Positions 1 through 9,292 are shown, counted from the first letter of the stretch. The stretch is 64,000 nucleotides of DNA from Patescibacteria group bacterium (GCA_050943115.1 JBMNON010000005.1:369-64368); one strand, 5' to 3'. Numbers and translations: made by a program. The notes: generated by a model not told the origin, from the sequence alone.

Positions 1-17
1 CCGAAAAGAACGATACC

Positions 18-299
18 GTGAAAATGTATGCTTTAGCTGATTATTTATTCTGGAAGGTGGTCAGTTTCGTAGGGTTAATTAATAAACATCAATACAAAAC
101 TACTTTAACTAGGGTACAGGATTCATTGGAATTAGAACAAAATTTTCCATCTTTCCAGGTATGGGGACGAAAATTCGTTAAAGGAGAAACCTATTCGGTT
201 AATGAACTAAAAGACGCAGTGTCAAACTTATATGCAGAATTTATGGATTATTTTGAAGGTAATAATATTGTTATCCACGACGACGAATTACAGTATTAG
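18..299 (+). CDS. hypothetical protein, possibly 5'-truncated at window edge (frame open back to position 3; listed start is GTG)
   Basis: 93-aa ORF from six-frame track; no recognisable motif; no in-frame stop upstream to window start. Confidence 0.3.
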   Translation: MKMYALADYLFWKVVSFVGLINKHQYKTTLTRVQDSLELEQNFPSFQVWGRKFVKGETYSVNELKDAVSNLYAEFMDYFEGNNIVIHDDELQY

Positions 300-998
300 T
301 TTCTCTAATATTTTTTTTAAATCAGAAAAATTGTTGACCATCTGAAAAGATTCGGATTTTAATTGATTATTATCTGTTGAATTTGTCAACAATATAGGAA
401 TCATGCCTGACGACTTAGCCCCTTCTATGTCTTGATGAATATCGTTGCCAACATAGACAGACATAGTAGGACTAACATCCAATAATTCGCTAATATTTTG
501 GAATATTTTGGAATCTGGTTTTTCTACGCCAAACATATCTGAAGATACGAGTACGTCTAAATATTTAAGAATTTTTACTTTTTTTGCTCTTTCAAACCTT
601 TCTACAAACAAACCATTGGAAAGAATTCCGATTTTTACTGACTTTCTTTTTAGATATTTTATCAATGGAATAAAATCAGGTTTCAATTTTATATTGTGCA
701 GAATGTAGTTTTGAAGATCTCTGTACAACTGGTAAACTGCTTCAGCATTCAAAGGAATCTTTAATTCGTTAAATATTGACAACCATATTCTGATTCCAAC
801 TTGATTAAGCTCAATTAACCCATTCTTACGCATTTCAATAATTCTTTGAACCGCTCTATCGTTTGCGTCTAAAAATTCTGTGAAACTAGTATTTTGAAGA
901 TATTTTCTGTTCCTTTGGTAGGTATATTCCAGGCCATCTTTTATATGATCTTCAGTAATAATGGTGCCATCAAGATCAAATATGACTGCTTTGAGCAT
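288..998 (-). CDS. HAD-superfamily hydrolase
   Basis: N-terminal motif I 'VIFDLDGTI' (DxDxT), downstream 'GILSNG' and 'VGND' motifs typical of HAD phosphatases/beta-PGM-like enzymes. Confidence 0.7.
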   Translation of the reverse strand: MLKAVIFDLDGTIITEDHIKDGLEYTYQRNRKYLQNTSFTEFLDANDRAVQRIIEMRKNGLIELNQVGIRIWLSIFNELKIPLNAEAVYQLYRDLQNYILHNIKLKPDFIPLIKYLKRKSVKIGILSNGLFVERFERAKKVKILKYLDVLVSSDMFGVEKPDSKIFQNISELLDVSPTMSVYVGNDIHQDIEGAKSSGMIPILLTNSTDNNQLKSESFQMVNNFSDLKKILEKLIL

Positions 999-1042
999 AA
1001 TCTGGTTATTGTTAGAAATAATATTGTAGTATAATACATTTC

Positions 1043-1681
1043 ATGTTTGGCATGAATTTTTCCATTAAAAATGATGATTTGAAGCTAAGTTTGAGGCCAG
1101 CCCAGCTGGATGACATACCTATCATTTCAGCTGGTTTATCAAACTTTAAGACTAATCTTTGGACAACTCTATTAGGAGCGCCAACTCAGGAAATTGAAAA
1201 AGAATGGTACGAAAAGATGTCAAAGTCAAACAAGGACTATACTTGGATAATTGCTTCACCTGATTCGAATGAACCTATTGGAGTCGTTAGTATAAATGAT
1301 GTTGACGTGATTGGTTCATGTACTCAGGGATTGGCATTATGGAACCAACAATGGTGGGGGAAAGGTGTAGCTAGCCTAATCAGCCTTGCAAGCATATGGT
1401 TTGCTTGTGATCAAATTAATAGAACAACAATAAGAGCTTATGTAAGAGAACCGAATACTGGAGCATTGAAAATAGCGACTAAAGTTGGTTTTACACAATG
1501 GGGTACGCAACCCGGAGTATTCTATAGAAATAGTTGTTATGTTAACACGTGTCACCTTTTGTTCATAAATCCACTTCATAAGAAAGAGGTTTTTCCAGAA
1601 GGAGTTCCGGAAAATTTCAAAAAAGGAATAAGTTTGGCAGAAAAATCTTTGGAATTGGCCAGAAAACAAGTCATTTATTAG
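1043..1681 (+). CDS. GNAT-family N-acetyltransferase (RimJ/RimL-like)
   Basis: 212 aa; 'QQWWGKGVAS' acetyl-CoA binding-like motif and overall GNAT layout; product assignment moderate. Confidence 0.5.
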   Translation: MFGMNFSIKNDDLKLSLRPAQLDDIPIISAGLSNFKTNLWTTLLGAPTQEIEKEWYEKMSKSNKDYTWIIASPDSNEPIGVVSINDVDVIGSCTQGLALWNQQWWGKGVASLISLASIWFACDQINRTTIRAYVREPNTGALKIATKVGFTQWGTQPGVFYRNSCYVNTCHLLFINPLHKKEVFPEGVPENFKKGISLAEKSLELARKQVIY

Positions 1682-1683
1682 CC

Positions 1684-2928
1684 TTAAATTGTCTTGGGTA
1701 AAAAGATCTTATCTTTTCCCATAATTGGCCTTAACACTTCAGGAATAGTTACAGATCCATCTTGATTTTGATAGTTCTCCAATATTGCTAACGGAGTTCT
1801 AGATGTAGCAATAGCAGTCCCATTTAGCATATGAACATATTTTGTTGAACCGTCTTTAGATTTATATTTAATATTCAAATTTCTAGCCTGATAGTCTGTA
1901 CAGTTTGAAGTGGAAGTGACCTCACCGTATTCATTTCTACCAGGCATCCAGGCTTCAATATCGAACTTCCTGGTTGCCATTGCTCCTAAATCACCAGTAC
2001 ACATCTCTAGCACCCTATAAGGTAACCCCAGGTTTTGATAGATTATTTCCTCAAGACCAAGGATGTACTCATGGAACTTATTTGATTCTTCAGAAGTACA
2101 ATAAATAAACATTTCAACCTTAGTAAACTGATGAACCCTATATAAACCTTTTGAATATTTTCCGTAAGCTCCAGCTTCGCGCCTGAAGCAATGAGAGTAT
2201 CCAACATATTTGATAGGAAGGTCATTTTGAGACAAGATTTCATCAGCATGTTTACCAGCTAAAGTGACTTCTGCTGTAGCAATCAATCCCAAGTCTTCAT
2301 CTTCAATTTTATAAGTTTGAGCTTCTTTTCCTCGAGGTGAATATCCGGTTCCGAGATAATAGCGTGACTTTGCCAGGTCTGGAGTCATTACTGGAATAAA
2401 TCCTTCTTTTGCAAGCAAATTAAAGGCGTATTGCACTAAAGCTAGCTCTAGGAGCGCTCCATCACCGTATAGGTAGTAAAACTGAGATCCTGTTACTTTG
2501 GCACCTGTTTCAAAATCGAGTATACCGAGTTGTTTTCCAATATCTAAGTGATTTTTCGGTTCAAAATCGAATTTTCTTGGTTCTCCCCATTTCTTAATTT
2601 CTACATTCCCATCTTCACCTTTACCAACAGGAACACCTTTCATGGGGATGTTTGGGATTTCACTTAATAGCTCCATTAATGCGTCATCTTCTTGCTTAAG
2701 ATTCTGTTCAAGATCCTTTAATTCTATTTTTATCTCTTTTGCTCGATCTATCTGGTCGCGGTTAAGCTTATTTTTTTCTGCCTTTAGAGATTCAACTTTT
2801 GCCTGAAGTTCTCTTTTACTTGCATCTTTCAATAAGACGTCGTCTATAACCTTATCGTCATAGTTCTTATTTCTGACTCCTTCTTTAACAATATCAACAT
2901 TTTCTCTTATAAATTTAATATCAAGCAT
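1684..2928 (-). CDS. serS: seryl-tRNA synthetase
   Basis: Starts MLDIKFIRENVDIV (canonical SerRS N-terminal coiled coil), class II aaRS core motifs (e.g. 'RREAGAYGKYSKGLYRVHQFTKVE', 'GTAIATSR'); ORF track start at 2955 is 9 codons upstream of the conserved Met at 2928. Confidence 0.9.
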   Translation of the reverse strand: MLDIKFIRENVDIVKEGVRNKNYDDKVIDDVLLKDASKRELQAKVESLKAEKNKLNRDQIDRAKEIKIELKDLEQNLKQEDDALMELLSEIPNIPMKGVPVGKGEDGNVEIKKWGEPRKFDFEPKNHLDIGKQLGILDFETGAKVTGSQFYYLYGDGALLELALVQYAFNLLAKEGFIPVMTPDLAKSRYYLGTGYSPRGKEAQTYKIEDEDLGLIATAEVTLAGKHADEILSQNDLPIKYVGYSHCFRREAGAYGKYSKGLYRVHQFTKVEMFIYCTSEESNKFHEYILGLEEIIYQNLGLPYRVLEMCTGDLGAMATRKFDIEAWMPGRNEYGEVTSTSNCTDYQARNLNIKYKSKDGSTKYVHMLNGTAIATSRTPLAILENYQNQDGSVTIPEVLRPIMGKDKIFLPKTI

Positions 2929-3833
2929 GAGTTTAATAAATACTAATCGACACACACATGTTCAAGGGGTTGCGGCCGTGTCAGGAGGTGCCACCTCAAC
3001 CAATTCTTTATTTAGCTGCACGGGCTACCCGAGCTAGTTTTTGACCCTAGCCAGCTTGGTGATTGGAATTCACCTCAAACGCTTTGAGAATAATATACCA
3101 CGAGCTATTTCATTGGGCAATACAATAATCTTGTACAATTTGGTTAAATGTGACTTCAAGAGCCGTCAATCTGGGACCAGCGAATCAAGTCTGGTTGATG
3201 AGTATGTATCTGCAAGTGGCATACCTGAAATATAATAGTTTTAAATTTTCTTGACTTTGGGTTGAGCGCTTTCAAAATGTGGAATAATTCCATCTCTATT
3301 GAGGAGTGGACGTTGTTTGTTATTTCACTAGTTAAACCTTGGCGTGTTTCCAGCAAAGGATAGTCAACCGTTAAGTTCCTTGATTCTATTCCGTGAGTAG
3401 CCTCATTGTTAATATAAATTTCTTCATCACCATCAGGGTATATTTTACAAGCAATAGGTCTTACAGAATCACCACTCGATGATCCCTTCTTAAATATCCG
3501 TATTTACCAAAATTGTAGAAATTGGTAATACTAAACTAATTTGTGACTGATTATAGCTTTTCTTATCTGACTAGATAATACCCAATCGAAATTTATTAAT
3601 CCGGTTTCACCAACTTTTATGTGCTAGAAATTCATAAGAGGATCACGAATTATCACAGGATTAAAAGATTGAAAACAGGGCTAATACTATAATGGTATTT
3701 GGGTTATCTGAGAAGAATAAATCAAAAATCAGTCGATTTTCCGGTGATAAATAAGGACACTAAATAAGGATATGGTAAATTTGGGGTTTTTGTTCCTAAA
3801 TAAATTGTTTGTTAAATAGACAGATATAGTAGC

Positions 3834-4493
3834 TTAACGGTGTGTTCTAGCCCATTGTTGAATAAATTCATCAAAATCGATTCTGAAATATTGTACAAAA
3901 AAGTTAGAAAAACCTTTTGGATAGTGATGCCTGCCTATGGCCTCGGGGAGTTGTTTTAAAAAATCGATTATTGTTTCTTTTCCAAATGAATCAATCAGAT
4001 ATTTAGTAAAACTGTAGCTTTGAGGATAGTTGGGGTTTTGGTTCCAGTTTTTGTGGTCGTGAAGCTTGGCGAAGGGAGTCAGGGTTTTAATTTTTCTCAA
4101 TTTATACTGTTTGGCAATATTGCCAGCAAGGCCTTCGTAGAGCCAGATGGGGTAATAAAAATTCAGTAATTGGTTGCTAAAAATATGGGCTAGTTCGTGG
4201 GTTAATGTGGGCAAAAAATCTGAAGCGGGATGACTGGAAACTTGATCAATAACAGAAGGGCTGAAGATGAATATTTGTTTATTTTTGGCATAACCAACCA
4301 GCCAATCCGGTGTTTTTTGGCCACAGGCTTTGTCCATCTGGGAATGGGTGTAGAGGAAGTTTATTTGAACACCAGAAACATCTTGACCAAAAAATTTTTG
4401 GTTTTTGAGGTAGGCTTTGGAGATTAATTTTTTAAGATGATCTTCCTGATCTATCTTGGTATCAAAATTGAAAGTGTAGTTTTTAGTGATCAC
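3834..4493 (-). CDS. hypothetical HExxH zincin-like protein
   Basis: 219 aa with 'THELAHIF' HExxH metallopeptidase motif; no further family assignment possible. Confidence 0.4.
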   Translation of the reverse strand: MITKNYTFNFDTKIDQEDHLKKLISKAYLKNQKFFGQDVSGVQINFLYTHSQMDKACGQKTPDWLVGYAKNKQIFIFSPSVIDQVSSHPASDFLPTLTHELAHIFSNQLLNFYYPIWLYEGLAGNIAKQYKLRKIKTLTPFAKLHDHKNWNQNPNYPQSYSFTKYLIDSFGKETIIDFLKQLPEAIGRHHYPKGFSNFFVQYFRIDFDEFIQQWARTHR

Positions 4494-4547
4494 TTCACAA
4501 ATTATACTATTGGCTGAACTTTGATTTGGAAACCAGCCACTACTAAT

Positions 4548-5084
4548 CTACCAACTCCCTTCCCCAATAATGATGTCAGCATTATTCCACATCAACTTAT
4601 CTTTCTGATTTAATTTCAAAGGTAATAAATAAGTTAATCTTTGATCTTCCAAAACTCCTTTTCTTTCAGCAAATACTTTTCCAACTTCTTTTTTATACCA
4701 ACCGGATTTTGCGTAAAAATCATGTAGTTTGGGATGACAGAATAGTATCCCCACATCGTAATCTTGAGATTTAAGTACTTTGTTTAACTCATTCATGATT
4801 TGAATGCCCAATCCCGAATGCCTTAATTCGGGTTTTATAGCTACATCGCCAATTCCAGCAATTACATAAGGCTTGTCATTCTGAATAATTTTTCTTCTGG
4901 TAATCCCTACATGACCGACTAATTCTTTGCCTTGATGGAGCAAAACACATGAATCTAAATCGGGGTTTGAATAGACAGAATTTTTGTAATCTGGGTTTTC
5001 TGAGAAACATCCTATTAAAAAATTGACAATTTCATTTCTCTCAGAAGAATTAAGATCTTTAATGTTTTTAACAACTGTATTCAT
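4548..5084 (-). CDS. GNAT-family acetyltransferase
   Basis: 'VAIKPELRHSGLGIQIMNE' matches GNAT motif A (R/Q-x-x-G-x-G/A); 4-bp overlap with upstream HD gene. Confidence 0.6.
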   Translation of the reverse strand: MNTVVKNIKDLNSSERNEIVNFLIGCFSENPDYKNSVYSNPDLDSCVLLHQGKELVGHVGITRRKIIQNDKPYVIAGIGDVAIKPELRHSGLGIQIMNELNKVLKSQDYDVGILFCHPKLHDFYAKSGWYKKEVGKVFAERKGVLEDQRLTYLLPLKLNQKDKLMWNNADIIIGEGSW

Positions 5085-5743
5085 AAATCTTCTCCATTTT
5101 GCTCCTCAAACATCAACTCAGTGGCTTTGGTTAAATTCTTAAATCTTTTCTCGGCAATAACCCTGACCTCAGGAAAATAAAATTTAGAGAAATTGGCTTC
5201 ATATTTCTTTTTACCTTCTTCTCCGTTCCAGAATTCTTTTAATCCTTCAATATTTTTCTTATGATAATTGGCGTGGGTTATGGAGCACCATAAATGAAGA
5301 ATTCCATAATGATCTAACCTATCGGCGTCTTTAATTATCTTTGACTCAATTCGAGTTGGAGTTATCTTACTTTCTTGCTCGGATATTATTAAACAAATTA
5401 AGTCGATTAATTCTTTATCTTTAATATATTTTTCTAAATATTTTGGCGCAATTTTGGCACCAAGAGCGTCGTGACTAATTCCACCATAATTGCCATAGAC
5501 TAGTTGTCCGTTTTCATTAACAGCTTCGATCTTACCAATATCATGAAACAAAGCGGCGATTAACAAGGCTTCAATATTTATAGTTTCATCTTTGAACCTA
5601 GGAAATTTAGCTATTTTTTGACAATAATTCATAACACGAACACCATGATGGTAACGGAACCCATAGCCACCACCAAACTCCCAGACATTTTCGAAAAGAG
5701 CCTTATATTCTTGTTTTAATTGATCTAGAACTTCTTGATTCAT
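5081..5743 (-). CDS. HD-domain phosphohydrolase
   Basis: 'IAALFHDIGK' H...HD metal-binding motif plus downstream 'DADRLD'; typical HD superfamily. Confidence 0.65.
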   Translation of the reverse strand: MNQEVLDQLKQEYKALFENVWEFGGGYGFRYHHGVRVMNYCQKIAKFPRFKDETINIEALLIAALFHDIGKIEAVNENGQLVYGNYGGISHDALGAKIAPKYLEKYIKDKELIDLICLIISEQESKITPTRIESKIIKDADRLDHYGILHLWCSITHANYHKKNIEGLKEFWNGEEGKKKYEANFSKFYFPEVRVIAEKRFKNLTKATELMFEEQNGEDL

Positions 5744-5745
5744 TT

Positions 5746-6207
5746 TTATTTATCCATCTTGCCGACATATTCGCCCGAATTGGTGAATCCATTTTTGTAG
5801 TCCTCAAGAAGTTTTTGAGACATGGGTTTGGGGTAGAGGTTGTCAGGTAAGTTATTGATATCAAGCCAAGTTAACCAAACGTCGCCATCAGGATGTTGAG
5901 GATCTTTTAACCCTTCAAGTTCTTCAAATTTGTTAATGTCTCCAAGTATGAATAATTCCAGGCTTTGCTCAGGATCACCCGGCAAGATAAAGTCTCGGAT
6001 ATATAAAATCTTTTTAAATTCAAAATTGACATCTTCACCACATTCTTCTTTAGTTTCCCGAATACAAGTTTCTAAAATAGTTTCCCCAATATCTTGATGA
6101 CCACCAAAGTAATGATAATAGTTTTGTTTCTGGCGGTATTGGACTAGTAGTTTTCCGTTTTTGATGACAATTAACCTGGCCCTCACTGTAATTTGGTGAT
6201 TTTCCAT
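5746..6207 (-). CDS. NUDIX hydrolase
   Basis: Nudix box 'GGHQDIGETILETCIRETKEECGEDV' (GX5EX7REUXEEXGU). Confidence 0.75.
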   Translation of the reverse strand: MENHQITVRARLIVIKNGKLLVQYRQKQNYYHYFGGHQDIGETILETCIRETKEECGEDVNFEFKKILYIRDFILPGDPEQSLELFILGDINKFEELEGLKDPQHPDGDVWLTWLDINNLPDNLYPKPMSQKLLEDYKNGFTNSGEYVGKMDK

Positions 6208-6223
6208 ATGCTAAGATCATATC

Positions 6224-6835
6224 ATGAAAATCTATTTTGTCCGTCATGGTTCTACCGATTCTTTGGAGAAAAAGATTAGTCAGCCTGATGATGAACCGCT
6301 TAACGAAAGAGGGGCAAGTCAAGCCAAAGAACTAGGTAAAAGATTCACTAACACCAAAATCGATTTGGTAATTTCTAGCCCACACTTAAGAGCTGTTCAA
6401 ACTGCTAAAGAAATTAGTAAAGATGTGCAAACTAACCCATTATTTGCTGAAGTTAAAAAACCCAGAGAAGTTGTCGGGCAATCAAAAGAAAGTGAAGAAA
6501 TTAAAGCGATCTTAAAAAAGATTGGAGAAATGTATTTGATCGATCCAAGTTGGCATTATAGTGATGAAGAAAACTTTGAAGATCTAAAGGCAAGAGGTTT
6601 AAAAGCATTAGAATATCTTCAAAATCTTAACCTCGAAAATGTAGTGGTAGTGTCGCATGGAAATTTTATGGCTTTATTGGCCGGATTAATGCTTTTTGGT
6701 GAAAATTATCCTGTCGAGATTTCCTTACGACTCAAAAATTTCATGAGACTGAGTGCTACTGGAGTATCAATTTTTACTTATGAGGATAATAAATGGAAGT
6801 TACAATGCTGGAATGATACTTCACATTGTCTCTAG
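6224..6835 (+). CDS. histidine phosphatase family protein (phosphoglycerate mutase-like)
   Basis: N-terminal 'IYFVRHGST' RHG catalytic motif, 'VISSPHLRAVQTA' and C-terminal 'VVVSHGNFM' motif of branch-1 histidine phosphatases. Confidence 0.65.
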   Translation: MKIYFVRHGSTDSLEKKISQPDDEPLNERGASQAKELGKRFTNTKIDLVISSPHLRAVQTAKEISKDVQTNPLFAEVKKPREVVGQSKESEEIKAILKKIGEMYLIDPSWHYSDEENFEDLKARGLKALEYLQNLNLENVVVVSHGNFMALLAGLMLFGENYPVEISLRLKNFMRLSATGVSIFTYEDNKWKLQCWNDTSHCL

Positions 6836-6838
6836 TAA

Positions 6839-7321
6839 TCATGCTTCTAAAATATTGTCGACATTTTTTAGCAAATAACTGTCCGATATAATCATAAAAG
6901 CGTTTTCTTCGGGAAATGGTTCTTCAATTTGATTTTTAAACTTCTTATACGTCTCAGGGGAGCAGGAGTTATTTCTTTTTGATATGCGATCTAAAGCCGT
7001 ATCATCATCGACTTTTAAATAGATTAATAATGTTGAATCACATTTAACTTCATTATAGATTTGTTGACGAAACTCATGCTTTAAATTGGTTCCATCGATT
7101 ATTACTGAATTCCCGTGTGACAGCAGCTCCGAGGCTTTTTGGCGAATGGATTTATAGACTTCCGCGTACTGTTTTCCTGATACTTTTTCGGTACCAAACA
7201 TTTGTGTAGTTATCTCTTCGCCTGATAGCAAAACAAAGCCGTATTTTTTATGAATGTATTCGGCAACATACGATTTTCCCGATCCAGGTAACCCCATTAA
7301 AACAATCAAAGCTTGATTCAT
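6839..7321 (-). CDS. P-loop kinase, polynucleotide-kinase-like (AAA_33/PNK family)
   Basis: Walker A 'GLPGSGKS'; 'IIDGTNLKHEFRQQIY' resembles T4 Pnk kinase 'DxTNL...R' motif; 'RISKRNN' lid-like arginines; 4-bp overlap with downstream NUDIX. Confidence 0.5.
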   Translation of the reverse strand: MNQALIVLMGLPGSGKSYVAEYIHKKYGFVLLSGEEITTQMFGTEKVSGKQYAEVYKSIRQKASELLSHGNSVIIDGTNLKHEFRQQIYNEVKCDSTLLIYLKVDDDTALDRISKRNNSCSPETYKKFKNQIEEPFPEENAFMIISDSYLLKNVDNILEA

Positions 7322-7836
7322 TTATTGTTTTCAAATTCTAAAACTTTCGCAACTATGGCTTCTCCAATTTTTCCCCATTTTAAATAATTATTTAATTCTG
7401 TAATTGGTATAAATTTTCTCTCATACAGAATTCCAGTATCAGGATCAGTAGTCTGAGGAAGTATTTTTTCTATTTTACAAAAGTATCGTACTTGGTAAAA
7501 CAAGTCACCCTCTGATTGCTTTGGATTATCGGGAAAATCGACACGCTGGGTTCCAATTGCTTTTATATTGTTTACTTTAATGTCAACTTCTTCCATCAAC
7601 TCGCGTTCTAATGTTTCAATTGGAGTTTCATTATTTTCGGGGCGACCACCCGGCAACTTCCAAACTTCTTCTTTTGTTTCCCGGCAAATCAAAACTTCCT
7701 GATTACCGTTTAAACAAACACCAACTACGTTGCGGATAGGCTGGTATTTTTCAATTGCAACAGTAGAAATCCAAGTAAAAGTTACCTTTTGACCATTCCA
7801 AGAAATGATATTTGAGATATATTGGTTGTCCATCAA
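7318..7836 (-). CDS. NUDIX hydrolase
   Basis: Nudix box 'GGRPENNETPIETLERELMEEVDIKV'. Confidence 0.75.
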   Translation of the reverse strand: MMDNQYISNIISWNGQKVTFTWISTVAIEKYQPIRNVVGVCLNGNQEVLICRETKEEVWKLPGGRPENNETPIETLERELMEEVDIKVNNIKAIGTQRVDFPDNPKQSEGDLFYQVRYFCKIEKILPQTTDPDTGILYERKFIPITELNNYLKWGKIGEAIVAKVLEFENNK

Positions 7837-8411
7837 AAATTACTTTTTAATAAATTTTCTGTTAACTCTCGGCTATATAATTGGTGGATGTTTTGGTTTT
7901 CCCAATCAATCACTTGTCGATATTGTTCTTGATTATATGTTGTCAGTCTTAAGTCTTTGGCAATTGTATCTACGACGGAGCTTTCTTTACCTTCAATTTC
8001 AAAAGTAAAATAATCGTCAGTGTATTTTGATAATTTTATTTCGACACCCTGATAATTAAATTCCCAGCTTTCCCAATAATAGATCATGCCTGAGTTGTAA
8101 CCCAGAGCTTCTAAGAAATCTAAAGCTGATAAAAATTGTCCGGCTTGGAGTTTGACTTCAACCTCTTTTCTTTCTTTTTCATGAAAGCTACCCATTTTTA
8201 TCGATAGTTTTTCTTTGTCATCACTTTTCTTTAATCTGATATCAGTACCACTGCTGTTTTTCCATGTTTTAGTAGCCGGATCAAATCCGGGAGACAAATC
8301 GATTGATAGACGGTGATAGTGGTCGGAAAGCTCTCCATTGCTGGTTAGTAGCTTAAATAGCTCGTCAAATTTCTCTTTAGAAAGTTTGCCTCTAATTTCA
8401 ATTTCCGTCAT
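7833..8411 (-). CDS. CYTH-domain (triphosphate tunnel metalloenzyme) protein
   Basis: Begins MTEIEIRGKL (ExExK/R signature of CYTH/CyaB-ThTPase), ~190 aa; true start likely internal Met at 8411 rather than ORF-track start 8462. Confidence 0.5.
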   Translation of the reverse strand: MTEIEIRGKLSKEKFDELFKLLTSNGELSDHYHRLSIDLSPGFDPATKTWKNSSGTDIRLKKSDDKEKLSIKMGSFHEKERKEVEVKLQAGQFLSALDFLEALGYNSGMIYYWESWEFNYQGVEIKLSKYTDDYFTFEIEGKESSVVDTIAKDLRLTTYNQEQYRQVIDWENQNIHQLYSRELTENLLKSNF

Positions 8412-8668
8412 ATTTATAGGATAATTATATACTAGATTCGATAAATTAAGTTTGAGTAACAAAATAGTTCATTCTGTATCACCATTTTGAGACACCCTTT
8501 TTTATACTGTCTCATTTGTCTCATTTAGACACAAAGGGAGAGTAGAATAAGACAGGGTGTTATAAGGATAGAAAGGTTCCAGATCCCCCTCCTCCGCCAA
8601 TTGGAAATTTTCTAATCTGTAGTTTTTGTTTTATATTAAACTATGTTAGTGTTTTTTCAACACTTTTC

Positions 8669-9199
8669 ATGGAATTGATTATCCTGTTTGCAGTGGTTTT
8701 CGCATTATACAAAGTAATACCTAAAGATATTAACCAAAATGGTTATTATGTCAGACCAAAAAAGAAAGATTATGTACAGAATAGATCTTCAGTTGGTTAT
8801 ATGCCCTATTATTTGCGGCAAACGATAATGACATCACATGAAAGATTGCTTTTTGAAAATTTGAGAAAAGTATTGAGTGAGCGGTATGATATTTATCCTC
8901 AAATGAAATTAGATAAAATCTTTTCGGTAAGACCGCAGAGGGTATATAAATATTATCTGGGTTATCTGCGAAAAATAAATCAGAAATCGGTTGATTTTCT
9001 AGTGGTAAACAAGAATACTCAATCCCCTATTTTTGCAATTGAGCTGGATGACTGGAGCCACGAAAAACAAGAAAGGATAGAGCGGGATGTATTCGTTCAA
9101 GAATTATTTAATCGTAATAATTTCCCATTGGTTCGTTTTAATCCAGGAGGTTATAGCGAAGAAGAACTTAGGTTGGTGCTGGAGAAATATTTAAACTAA
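8669..9199 (+). CDS. DUF2726 (NERD/PD-(D/E)xK-like) domain protein with N-terminal TM helix
   Basis: 'VDFLVVNKN...IFAIELDDWSHEKQERIERD' matches DUF2726 core (D..ELD..SH); N-terminal hydrophobic helix. Confidence 0.45.
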   Translation: MELIILFAVVFALYKVIPKDINQNGYYVRPKKKDYVQNRSSVGYMPYYLRQTIMTSHERLLFENLRKVLSERYDIYPQMKLDKIFSVRPQRVYKYYLGYLRKINQKSVDFLVVNKNTQSPIFAIELDDWSHEKQERIERDVFVQELFNRNNFPLVRFNPGGYSEEELRLVLEKYLN

Positions 9200-9255
9200 A
9201 GTTCGGAGTTTGGGTTCCGTTTTTTAGTACCGCGGAACCATATTGAAGAAAGTGG

Positions 9256-9283
9256 TTGACTGATTGGAGATAAGTAATATATA
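9256..9283 (+). promoter_or_regulatory. candidate sigma70-type promoter (TTGACT -16- TATATA) upstream of thioredoxin gene
   Basis: TTGACT at 9256-9261, TATATA at 9278-9283, start codon at 9293 (short/leaderless 5'UTR). Confidence 0.3.
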
Positions 9284-9292
9284 TTCAAAATT

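Noticed and set aside
2956-3050. Possible tRNA or SRP/tmRNA gene in the GC-rich stretch upstream of serS
   Set aside because: No T-loop (GGTTCGAATCC-like) on either strand. There is no SRP helix-8 motif (GGAAGCAGC) and no tmRNA CCA end or tag ORF. A T-box-like leader is the better, still tentative, explanation.
8508-8527. Direct repeat TGTCTCATTT x2 in the CYTH/DUF2726 intergenic region
   Set aside because: Only two short copies, with no spacer/repeat periodicity. This is not CRISPR-like and is most likely a promoter-region sequence quirk.
9213-9246. Hairpin GGTTCCG-N-CGGAACC after the DUF2726 gene as a terminator
   Set aside because: The stem is plausible, but no 3' U-run follows (T-run lies in the loop), so it cannot be called an intrinsic terminator with confidence.
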